Program-made: the position numbers and the translations under genes
The notes under the pieces: generated by a model
Database searches by the model: none
What the model saw: the letters and a program-made list of their open reading frames with translations, nothing else
Told to the model about the DNA's origin: nothing
Source: Podarcis liolepis
Taxonomy: Eukaryota
Reading direction: 5' to 3' (one strand)
Length of the DNA stretch: 64,000 nucleotides
Assembly (NCBI GenBank): GCA_965112155.1
Contig: OZ218100.1
In this document: in pieces, positions 12,903 to 24,159 of the stretch
How positions within the stretch are numbered: the first letter of the stretch is position 1
How the letters are laid out: every line of letters starts with the position of its first letter

Positions 12903-15900
12903 TACACGTCAAGCTCTTCAGGAGGAGAAAGTTCTTGTGAAGAAGGGAGGATGCGGAGGCCAACCCAGCTGAGGCCCTTCCATTCTCGGAACGTTGTTGA
13001 TCCAGACTTCCCCATTCTTCACTTGTCAAGTGACCCAGATTATTCTTCTAGCAGCGAACAGTCATGCGACACCGTCATTTACGTTGGCCCCAACGGCACA
13101 GCCCTTTCGGACAAGGAACTGACCGACAACGAAGGTCCCCCGGATTTTGTCCCCATAGTTCCTGCCCTTCAGAAGACCAAAACGGAAGGCAAGCTGGAGG
13201 ACATGGGTGAGACAGCGCCCAGCACTTCTGAGAGAGACTGCTTGAAGTGCAATACATTTGCGGAACTCCAGGAGAGGTTAGACTGCATTGACGGCAGTGA
13301 GGAGACTGACACGTTTCCTTTTGAAGAACTGCCTGTTCAGTTCAGCTCCGACCAAGTGACTAAGTGCCCTGTGTCAGGCCAAGCAGCAGAGCTCACTAGT
13401 GCATCAGAAGAAGGCCTGGCAGGCTGCCAAGAACCTGATAAAGATTTCAAGGAAAACCTGAATGCAACAGCCAACAAAATTCAGGGAAGCCATTCCCCTG
13501 TTCACACCGGGGTGCTTAATGAGGCACCCACCCCTCCATCACCTAGGAGTGTTACAGGCAGTCCAAGTAGCCACACAAACTGTTCCCAGCAATCCCACAG
13601 CACGGATCTGCAGAGCAGCCGAGAAAGCCTGAACACTTGCGGCTTTGTAGAAAGCAAGCCTCGGCCCATGGGTTCCCCACGGCTTGGCATTGCAAGCCTT
13701 TCCAAGACATCCGAGTACAAGCCGCCCACTTCTCCGTCTCAGAGGTGCAAGGTTTACACCCAGAAAGGGGTGCTGCCCAACCCTGCACCACCACCGTCAT
13801 CCTTAAGCAAGGACTCCGGGATGGTGTCCAGTGAGTCTCTGATGCAGCCAGAGATCCGCACTCCTCCCATTGGCATGAGCCCACAGCTCATGAAAAAGTC
13901 TGTGTCTTCCAGCAGTGCTGATTATGGGGAGCCCATTGACAACAAAGAGCAGCAGGAGCAGCAGCAGCAAGAGCCACCTCTTTCTCCTGAGTCGAAGAAG
14001 GAGATTTTGAGCACAACCATGGTCACGGTGCAGCAGCCCTTAGAGCTGAACGGAGAAGATGAGCTGGTATTCACCCTGGTTGAAGAACTGACCATTAGTG
14101 GGGTTCTGGAGAACGGACGTCCAACAAGTATCATCAGCTTTAACAGTGATTGTTCTGTGCAAGCTCTGGCCTCCGGGTCTAGGCCGGTTAGCATTATCAG
14201 CAGCATCAGTGAAGATCTTGAATGCTATGCCAGTACAGCTCCTGTGTCTGAGGTCAGTATCACCCAGTTTATGCCTCTTCCAAAAATGGGACTGGATCAC
14301 AAAGCTGAAGAGGCTGAAAGCAGACGTTCCTCTATCAGCTCGTGGTTGAGCGAAATGAGCACCGGAAGTGATGGTGAACAGTCATGCCACAGCTTCATAG
14401 CCCAAGCATGCTATGGGCATGGGGAAGCACTGGCAGATGCGCCCATTCCTGAACTGGCAAGAGGTGTACAGAACAGCAGTGTGGTTTGTATAAATGACAA
14501 GCAAAAGCCAGTCACCGAGGAAATATTTGTACTGCCAGAGGTTACCGATGAAAGTATTAATAAAATGTCACCTATCAAAGGTTGTAAAATATCAGCCCTG
14601 GGAAAGACTATGGTCACAATATCAAACACCACAAGCCTAAGCAGTTGTGAAGGTTTCATTCCAATGAAGACCAACATTACTGTGTATCCATGTATTGCTG
14701 TTAATCCCTTTAAAGCACAAGAGCCGCCTGAGACCATATCTGTAGTGTCGTCACCAGCAAAAGTTCCCCAGCCTCAAGAGGTGAAGGAATCCAGTGTAAG
14801 AAAAGAGATAAAATTTGATGATCCTTGGCTAAAGAGGGAAGACAGTGTGAAAAAAGAAAGCTGTGGCCCCAAGGCTGAAGCCATCACTCAACAAAATAAG
14901 AAGCAGAAGTCAGCAGACAGGTTTAGCAGCAGTAGCGGAGAGACTTCCAGCTCCCCGGGAACGGAAAACCTGAAGAGGGTTGTAGATGGATGTGAAATGG
15001 GACTTCCCAGTTCCACAGCCCACAGCCCAGCACACACTACGGAGAGCTTTAAAAATGGCAGCCTCACAAGAGGCGTTCAGAAGGCCAGCAAGCTGGAGGA
15101 ATTGGATGCTGTTTCCTATCATTACATTGAGGAGAACAGTGCCATTAGCTGTTCTGTTGGGTCCCAGACTTCCAGAGCTAGCTTGGAAAGAAGGATTGCG
15201 TCCCCCAAACACTGCGTTCTCACACGTCCAAAAGGAACTCCGCCGTTGCCTCCCGTGAGGAAATCTAGCCTGGATCAGAAAAATAGGGCCAGCCCTCAGC
15301 ACAGCACTTGCAGTAGCAGCACCAGCAGCCCTTTGAACCAACCAGCCCCTTTCCTGGCTAGTTTTCCCGATGAGCTGAATGGGAAACAAAAGGGTTCCAG
15401 TATGGAGAGCGGTAACAATAGCAGCAGTAAATTGTTTAGTGCCAAACTTGAACAGCTGGCCAGCAGAACCAATTCCTTGGGAAGGTCCAGTGGGAGCCAT
15501 TATGAGTGCCTGTCTTTAGAAAGGGCAGAGAGTCTGTCCTCTGTCAGCTCCAAGATGGGTCCTGGGAAAGACACCACAATGCCCAGAGCTGGGAGAAGTT
15601 TCAACCGCAGTGCAATGTCCTCACCCACAAACTCAGGCCTTTCTCAGTCTGCAGGGGCCTCACCAAAGGCCAGTCAATCAAAGATCTCTGCAGTGAGCAA
15701 GCTCCTCTTGGCAAGTCCTAAGGCTCGAAGCCTGGCTGCCTCAACCACCAAAACACTTAGCTTCTCTACCAAGTCCCTCCCTCAGTCTGTGGGGCAGAGT
15801 TCAGGCTTGCCTCCAAATGGAAAGAATATGTCCTGGTCTACTCAGTCTCTCAGCAGGAACAGAGGCTCTGGGCTCTCCTCAAAACTGCCCCTCAGAGCTG

Positions 15901-16311
15901 TCAATGGGAGGATCTCAGAACTTCTGCAAGGAAGCACTGGCACCAGAGGGCTGCAGTTGCGTAGGAACTCAGACACAGATGATCGCAGTGCCGTCCACGG
16001 AGAAGAGAAGCCAACTGTTCACCTGCTGCCTTCACCTTACAGCAAGATCACTCCACCTCGGAAGCCTCACCGCTGTAGCAGTGGCCACGGAAGTGACAAC
16101 AGCAGTGTCCTGAGTGGGGAGCTGCCACCTGCCATGGGGAAAACAGCCTTGTTCTACCACAGTGGAGGAAGCAGCGGGTATGAAAGCATGATGAGAGACA
16201 GTGAAGCAACGGGAAGTGCTTCCTCAGCACAAGACTCTATGAGCGAGAACAGCAGCTCCCTCAGTGGGAGGTGCCGAAGTCTCAAAAATCCAAAGAAGCG
16301 TTCGAATACAG
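12903..16311 (+). CDS. KIF26B: KIF26B giant coding exon (3409 nt; Ser/Pro-rich disordered tail)
   Basis: Branch-point-like gctaac at 12871, acceptor cccaacag at 12902, donor ACAG|gtatgt at 16312 (phase 1); begins [20 protein letters not shown] and contains KIF26 signature blocks [52 protein letters not shown] and [35 protein letters not shown]. Confidence 0.97.
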
Positions 16312-16645
16312 GTATGTCCTTAGACTTGTACATTGAGAAATAGCACCGAGACCTGCTGAGTAGGTTTCAGAGTTACTTACCTTATTGGGGGGAATGCAAA
16401 AAACATTTCCATTGGAAATTAAGGCATTTTAAGGTGATTAACTCAGGAGGAATTGGGCAGAAGAGGATGAACGGCCCTGGGAGACCAAGACATGTGCCCA
16501 TATTGTGAGCTAGAATAATATGTGACACTGTAGAATATCTTTACTGCTTGCATGGCATGGAAGTTCAGCTGGGGGAAAGTAACAGAGAATTTCTGTGCTT
16601 TTTGTTAGGTGAGTAAATATGTGACTATGCCAGGTCTTCTGTTAA

Positions 16646-16785
16646 ACCAACCTTCTCCAGCCTGGTGCTGCCCTCTAGATGCCTTGGTCTCCAGCTTCCA
16701 TCAGCCCCAATCAGCATAGCCAATGGTCAGGGATGATGGGAACTGTGAACCAAAACAACTGGTGGGCACCAACTTGACTTGGATA
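16646..16785. mobile_element. Palindromic hAT-type MITE
   Basis: CCAACCTTCTCCAGCCTGGTGC...CATCAGCCCC...GATGATGGGAACTGTG...GGGCACCA; same family as 20702. Confidence 0.6.
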
Positions 16786-16792
16786 TCTTCAG

Positions 16793-16868
16793 ACTTCTTC
16801 TCCTTCTCCTTCGTCTTCGTCTTCTTCTTCGTCTTCTTCTTCATCTCCTCCTCCTCCTCCTCCTCCTC
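16793..16868. repeat. Compound (CTT/CGT/CCT)n polypyrimidine microsatellite
   Basis: Direct reading. Confidence 0.9.
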
Positions 16869-18529
16869 TGGAAGGGCATTTTTCAGGGTCCATTCTTCAA
16901 TTGTCTAGACTTTGCTTCACCTGTACAGATGGAAATTACTGTTCTGTGCCCAAAGCAAAGACTCAAAGCATTTTGAACTAGAGCATGAGAATATTACTCT
17001 TTCAAGACTACCATCAAGAATAATTCTCAAAAAGACATAACTATTTCCAATTTCCATCACTAGCCTATCTTAGGGCTTTGTTTTATTTTTGTCATTTCTG
17101 CCTTATATTCAACAACCCAGCCCAGTGTCCTTTTTAGAATGGCGTTCTTCCTGTTCTTACCAATGAATGTGTTTTAATGAGAAAAGCAGGTTCTGTAGAG
17201 GACATTTTCTTACCTCCTGTCTTATTTGTTTTATTTATCACATGTTTATCCTCTTCCTCAGGGGATAAACAGCTTAGGACAGTATGTGGGAGATGAGTCA
17301 TTTTATCTTCATAACAACCTTATGTTCACCCAAAACTTCCATGGCAGGAATTCAACCTATGTCTCTAATCCCAAGTCATAGAAACCCCTCTGTAGTATAA
17401 TGGAAAATGTCCAACTCTCTCTCCATTATACCATACTGACTCTTCTAATAGTATTGACTACAAAGATCTGGAGTGGGGGTTATGTGACATTCTAGATGTT
17501 GCTGGGAGCCCAGCCATGGGAAGATATGCTACATGTCCCTGTTCAATGGAAAGACTGAAACTCAACTTTGCTCTTTCCCTTCCCTCTGATCCCAATTGGC
17601 TGCACACTCTTCTCAGCTATTTGTGGGTTTCGCTAGTGATCCAATCCCACCTTTCAGCATTCCCCATGGATGGATTGACAAGAAATGAAGTAGATATTCC
17701 ACTAGAAGGGCTGCATAGGTGGAAAGGGCATCCAGTCCTTTTCCTCTGGACCACTGATCCATCAAGGCAAAAGAGAGATCACATTCCAGCAGTGGACTAT
17801 TGGTTAATTTCTTGTAGACCACCTAGATTCTTATAATGAACTAGATGGGCCTCAGGCTGATCCAGCAATTACTCCTTAATTTGTAATTACAGGTTCAGAA
17901 TATGTATTTCTAATGCTCAGGCGCATTATGAATCAAACATCATTTGCCATAGACATTCTTCTGCCACTTTGAGTGTAAAATAATATTCTTCAAATGTGCC
18001 AGCTGAGACCCATTCATTAATCAGTGAAGCAAAAGTGGATCACACAAGACAGAAGCCATCCCACCCTTCACCCCTTGCTCTCAGTGTGCTGACAATCCTA
18101 GAATACAAAGCTAGCACCCATACTAATGACCAAAGTCTAGCAGGCTGAGTAGCAAGGAGAATTTTAACCTACATCAGATGGAGCTGATTTTTGCCTGACC
18201 TTGTGAAATGGCTTCATAGGTGAGGGGAATATATACTTTCCAGTTCTAGCTCACTTCATGGGAAGCCCTACTTTCCTATAATTGCAAATGAACTCTGTTG
18301 GCCATGGCTGGTCTAAAAGGTATGTGGCCTATCAAAAAAGGATTTGTTTACTATCGCCAAGATGGTAGAGTCATGTTTGTTCTGAGCATGTTCTCAAATC
18401 CTTCCTCAAGAAAGGGATGGGACTTGCTCTGTTACAAGGCTGGCACACTCTGGTTATATATTTGATCCTTGGCACACTTTAGTTACATTTCTCCTGTTAT
18501 AGTACAGGATCCACCTCTTTTTCAGAAGA

Positions 18530-18630
18530 GGCTGAATAAGCATCTGTCAGGGATGGTTTAGATCTAGAAAATCCTGGCATAATGCAGGTGTTGGGACAGC
18601 TTGACCCTTGAGCTCCCTTCCAGCACTCAG
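18530..18630 (+). mobile_element. CR1 LINE 3' end fragment
   Basis: GAGGCTGAATAAGCATCTGTCAGGGATGG...GACCCTTGAGCTCCCTTCCAGC resembles the amniote CR1 3' UTR. Confidence 0.55.
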
Positions 18631-20701
18631 ACACACTCGATGGGAATGACTTGCCCTGTTGCCCTGATAGATCTTGAATCCATTGACCTTCGGCACAAAG
18701 TGTGCAGCTCACCTTTACTAAACTGTGCAAAGCAGGGAATGTGTAATGGAAGAGGGAGGGGGTTAAAGATTAATTTTGAGCTTGGATGCATCTATTTTTA
18801 TCAGACCACCATTTTTAATGGATTGTACCCATTTCTAATTAAGCCTGGAAGTAACAGGTCATATTTAAACACCTTGTCATTCCTTAAAAAAAAGAAAAAA
18901 GTCAATGCAAATATCTTTTTCCCCTCATTAAACAATTGTCAATAAATAAAGCCTTCCACTTTTTATAGCATGTTTTCTCATTGAATTCCCACCCCCCAGC
19001 AATAAAGTCATAATTCTATATTGGATGGAAGCACAATCTTTTACATGTCAATAGATTTATGAGGACATAAACATAAGATTATGACTGCAGCAGTGGGCCA
19101 GGCTCAAACTGGAGTGGAATGGGGAAATCTGCTAGCATTAATTTATGGACAAGAATAGTCTTGCTTCAGTTTTTTACCCTCTTAAAGGCAGATCTCCTTC
19201 CCTTAATCCTTGTCCATGTATAAAAGATTGCCATTGCGATTTAAATATACATAGCTATCTCAAAGAACCCAAGGCATTTCCTATTATTTTAAACTATGGT
19301 GTCAAGAGCACTGGACCCTTCCTGATTTGCTGTCATGGACACACACTGCTATAATGGATATGGTGCTGTAGATATGCTCATTTCAGGTCAGGTGACCTTG
19401 TCTGGTTTATTTATGATTATTATTAACGGAAATGCTAGCTGTCAGGCGTGATCAACATGAATCAACAGAAAACCCCTTTTGAGAGGCCACAAAGACTTTT
19501 AAGAAAATCGCCAGCAGTCTTGTGAGGTTTCACAATTGCTTTTGAAGTTCTCACACACCGAAGAGACAGATTCCTCTCTTCTCCCTGCCTCCTGGAGATT
19601 GAGATCTTGTTTTCTTTTGGTTTTCCTTAAGTGCATTACAGTACTTCTATATACTTAAGTAACGGTTTTAGAACCTGAGCATCAAAGGGTACGCAACAGG
19701 TTTTGAAAGACAAGAGCAATTTACCTTTCAGTTTTAGTCCTGCTTAAATTTCAGGTTCTAAATTTCATAAGCACAGGAAACTGCTTGCAGCTACCTGATC
19801 GTTACATAGCCTAAACAAACACATAGTGTTTAATCATACATACAGGCAAATACAAACACATCCTCCTGTTAGTCACCAACTTCCACCTACCATAACTATG
19901 TGTTGACTTTTCTTAGTGCTTTATTAACATTGGGTCTAAACCTTCCATTATTTGCTGCTGAACCCTGGTATTATCCACTCACTGTGCTGGAAGAATGAAA
20001 GGACAATTCATGGCAGGTCCAGGACTCAGATGCAGTAAATAACGTTTAACCCTTGTTCATCCTTTTTCATTTTGTATGGGCTTCAGATTTGTTTGCCGTC
20101 TAATTCCTCCTTCTGTGCAATATTGCTGCTTCATTGCAGAAGACAGAAAGTGAGCAGAGATAGAGGGAACTCTAACCTCCATTGCGCTCCACAGGACTTC
20201 CATCTGCATAAACATTACTAGGACTGGGCTGAAAGGAAATTAAGAGTCAAGCTCACAATTTAGATTTCAGCTGTTCCTGGTTGTTTGGCCTTGGACTCTG
20301 TTAACTGGACCACACATATCCTAATGCCATTGCCATTTTAGAGCAGCCTAGTGCCTTTTTATAATGGTCTTTTTCTGACAGATCTTTCCTCCCTCACTAC
20401 CTCCTAGCATCTGTGCAGCTATTTATTCTCTGGTTTCCTCCTCCCTCCTGTTAACCTCTGCCCTCTAAGAGTGAATGGGCACCATGGCCACTTTTTGTCC
20501 AAATAAGAAGGTGTGATTAAATAGCAACAAGATAGCTTAACCAAGGAGGCAAGACAAACACATATAATAGGCTGGTCACAAACCGTTCATTGGAAACAAT
20601 TACATTTATCCTGACTTAAAAGTGTGAGCCATTGTAAAGAAGCCCCAGTATGGCCTGTGCAATAATGCTGGCTTCTGCAAGCTAGAAGGTTATTTGTCTC
20701 A

Positions 20702-20831
20702 CCAGCCTTCACCAACCTGGTGCCCTCCAGATATTTTGGATTATAACACATCAGCCCCAGTCAGTGCTGGCTGAGGCTGATGGGAGTTGTAGTAAAAAAA
20801 ATGTGGAAGGCACCAGGTCGACAAAGGTTGG
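20702..20831. mobile_element. Palindromic hAT-type MITE
   Basis: CCAGCCTTCACCAACCTGGTGCCCTCCAGA...GGAAGGCACCAGGTCGACAAAGGTTGG; the element is self-complementary around CATCAGCCCCAGTCAGTGCTGGCTGAGGCTGATG. Confidence 0.7.
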
Positions 20832-20993
20832 TGTACGCCAGGTTTAACATAGCAGATGGTGGGAAAGGCAATGAATGTACTAATTGTGGACATGGCCCAG
20901 GCAGTTGAAGACATTCATGTCCCATTGATTTCAGTTGGAGTAGTGGTTGTTGTTGTTGTTAACTGAGTTTATATACTGCCCTGTACCTTGAGG

Positions 20994-21347
20994 GGGATGC
21001 AGGTGGCGCTGTGGGTTAAACCACAGAGCCTAGGACTTGCCGATCAGAAGGTCAGTGGTTTGAATCCCCGCAATGGGGTGAGTTACCATTGCTTGCTCCC
21101 TGCTCCTGCCAACCTAGCAGTTTGAAAGCACGTCAAAGTGCAAGTAGATAAATAGGTACTGCTCTGGCGGAAAGGTAAACAGCGTTTCCGTGCGCTGCTC
21201 TGGTTCGCCAGAAGCGGCTTAGTCATGCTGGCCTCATGACCCAGAAGCTGTACGCCAGCTCCCTCAGCCAGTAAAGCGAGATGAGCGCCGCAACCCCAGA
21301 GTTGGTCATGACTGGACCTAATGGTCAGGGGTCCTGTATTTACCTTT
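20994..21347 (+). mobile_element. Sauria SINE, full length
   Basis: tRNA-derived head GGGATGCAGGTGGCGCTGTGGGTTAAACC with B-box-like GGTTTGAATCC, core CCTGCCAACCTAGCAGTTTGAAAGCAC...AAGTAGATAAATAGGTAC, tail TTTACCTTT. Confidence 0.9.
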
Positions 21348-21445
21348 ATACCTAGAGGTCTCAGGGCGGTTCACAGAAGAAAATCAAAATATAAAACCAT
21401 AAAATACATAATCAAAATAAAAACAACAACCCAATAGCCCTCCCC
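21348..21445 (-). mobile_element. L2-type 3' tail fragment interrupted by the Sauria SINE (other part at about 20968-20993)
   Basis: GAGGTCTCAGGGCGGTTCACA continues TTTATATACTGCCCT found on the other side of the SINE. Confidence 0.6.
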
Positions 21446-22071
21446 CGAAATAGGTTGTACATGCTTCTCTCACTCATCCTTTGTCCTTGAAAACAGTACA
21501 GAACTCAAAAGGTCTTTACTTGGGCTAGATCATTCCTTGCCATTTTAAAATTAGGGATGCTATGCTCAAGGATAATCCAGTGCTATCATTTTTCTGGAAA
21601 CTAGGTCTGTGCCAGAATCATGCTTTTTCCGATAATGAGGTCAGGCTGTGGTCTAGATACCATGGCTTATTTTTATTTTATTTGAGGCATATGCCACTTT
21701 CTACCATATATTTTTTTTAAAGGTGACTTCTAATAATAACCACATTCATACAAATGTAATTCATAACCAACTGAAAATTGATAACAACACATTGAGACTG
21801 ATCATCCACAGTCAGATTATTCCACCAGGGTGGGGCTAAGGGGCACATAGGCATATGAGGGTCTGATTCCCTCCCTTCAGAACTGTTTCTGCTGCTGCCA
21901 AGGTGAAGGCAGCCCTCTCTCACACACCATCTCTTTTTTTAAAAAAAATGACATGATAGCTAAATACGTTAAGATCATGTGCTGTTAGGTCATTGGCAGT
22001 TGGGTAATTGTTTTAAATATCGTGTTCATTTTTAAATCGTAGCCAATCCAAACGGGCAAGAGAATGAGCTA

Positions 22072-22260
22072 CAGTGGACCCTCGGGATACAAATAAAATT
22101 CGTTCCGGGGTCCTTACTTAACCTGAAAAGTCCGTAACTGGAGGCGCCGCTTCCGCGCATGCGTGCGTGGCAAAACCTGGAAGTATACACTTCCAGGTTT
22201 GCCATGTTCGCAACCCGAAAGTTATGTATCCAGAGTGGTACATAACTCGAGGGTCCACTG
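22072..22260. mobile_element. Tc1/mariner (pogo/Tigger-like) MITE
   Basis: TA|CAGTGGACCCTCG...CGAGGGTCCACTG|TA: perfect 13-bp TIR and TA TSD. Confidence 0.9.
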
Positions 22261-24019
22261 TATTACAATGCTCTTTCAGAGGTGAATTTGTCTCTCTTGC
22301 AATGCAATTCTGTTCATCGCCCTTCAAAAGTTCAGTGTGACTAAGACCTGGGGAGTGTACATAGGATTGTAGCCTTAGCCTGAATATCCATTTTTCCCCA
22401 GGTGCAATGCTATGAGCTCATGAGTCTTTGGAAGCTAAAGAATATAAGAAGGCCACAGAAGGCAAACCTGTGATTAGATTTACATTATACAACAGCTCTC
22501 AGACATACACTTAAGCTCTCAAACAATCTTCACAGATGCATTGGCTTTTTCATACATGCTATTTATCGGCTTCCAGTTCTTGTCCCCCTGTGGCGTTTCT
22601 AATCCATAGCAAGCCCTCGAGCACAGACTGGGTATCATTTGCAACAGGAAGAGGTTTTCTAAGGAAGATCTTCCATAGGCAACTCCCCTCCCTGCAACTT
22701 TATTTGGTTTGTATAAAACAGGCTCGGGTCCCTTTTTATATATAGTTATCTAGATCAAAGGGTTCTTGGGTCTGCCTGAAACTATGACTAATTATTGACT
22801 GCAATACTGGTTCAAGGGAGAATCCATTTCCCTTCATTAGGAGCATGTGGCTGCATAGGTTTGGAAATTGCCTGTGCGCACTTTCATTTTTAAGGCTTTT
22901 GCTTTTCAGTAAAGCAACAAGCTCGGAACTGAAAATGTGCAAAGTACACAAGACAGAGCTCAATACAGCAGAATCAGCATGGCTTGGGTATTTCTTTTTT
23001 TTTCTTTTTAAAGAATGGGGCTTCATGGTCAATCTTTTAGAGAGCAGCTTGTTACCGATGGACAAAGGGCCCCAATGTAATTTGCTCCTGGCTGCCTGCC
23101 TGCTGGCAAGGGCTGGGCTAGAGCACTTGGAAGGGAGATCAAGCACAGGGATATTGGAGCATATAATAGCTTATATGGTTGGCTGCTTTGGGAGAGAAAA
23201 TCTAGCTATTGGTTCCTGAGATTTGGTTAGTAGGGCTTAACGTGGCCTCAGCTGATCTTGCATGTCACATAGCAGCAAAGACCACATTCTTAGAAAGAGA
23301 GACCTGTTCAATTCAGTGTGGCTCGTAGAAAGCAGAAGAGGGCTCAGGAAATGAAATTAAACCAGACAAGTGGAACCTGCAAGAAAGTGTTGGTGTGTAT
23401 CTGCCCTCCTAAAAGGGAGGCTTCTGTACAGAATTCCGGCCAGCCTTTTCCTCCAAGCAGGGCATTTCAGGCTCCTCCTTCCTCTTCCTCTTTCTTTTCC
23501 AACGATTGCTCCACATTCTGCAGCTCCTTGGTGCATGCACAGTCTTCATTGGCCAGACTTACCTCTCTTGACAATGCCAGTTTCTCCCAAAGAGCTGGCC
23601 TATGTGGTGCCCAAAGGGGAGTGTGTTGGGTGTGGCTGAAATACCAGATGTTCGATACCACAGCTGGAGAGAGGCCTGTTACACTCATGTTCCGCTTATG
23701 GCTTCTCACAGGCATCTGGTTGGTCACTGTGAGAACAGGATGCTGGACAGTGTCATTTGTATAAACAGAGGATTCAAATTCAAAAATGGATATTTGAAAA
23801 TAAGTTGTAATATCAATCCAGGTTTATTTAAGAATGAATGTAGAGGGAGGTATTGCATCTTCTGAGAAAGCTGGAATCTATCAATATCAGGGTCACTGGA
23901 AGCAACAAAATAATTTCTAAAATAGTTATGCATAGAATGTGGAGATAGTTATACTAACAAATTGAAAAGATCCATTCTACCCAAACTTTAATAATAGTAT
24001 TATTATTGTTATGGTTTTT

Positions 24020-24159
24020 TTATTATTTATTTATTTATTTATTTATTTCCCACCCATCTGGCTGGGTTTCCCCAGCCACTCTGGGCACCTTCCAACAAAA
24101 GATTAAAAATACATTAAAACATCAGTCATAAAAACTTCCCTAAACAGGGCTGCCTTCAG
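24020..24159 (-). mobile_element. L2 LINE 3' end fragment with simple-repeat tail
   Basis: Reverse complement CTGAAGGCAGCCCTGTTTAGGGAAG...CCCAGAGTGGCTGGGGAAACCCAGCCAGATGGG...(AAAT)n; homologous copy at 47385-47535. Confidence 0.7.

Noticed and set aside
14910-15500. 196-aa antisense ORF, and other short ORFs overlapping the giant exon
   Set aside because: Shadow frames of a long coding exon; no recognisable protein or splice context
12951-16343. 1130-aa ORF as a stand-alone gene
   Set aside because: It is an internal KIF26B exon: the frame is open from the acceptor at 12903, and the last residues (MSLDLYIEK) are read-through past the donor at 16312, with no nearby poly(A) signal
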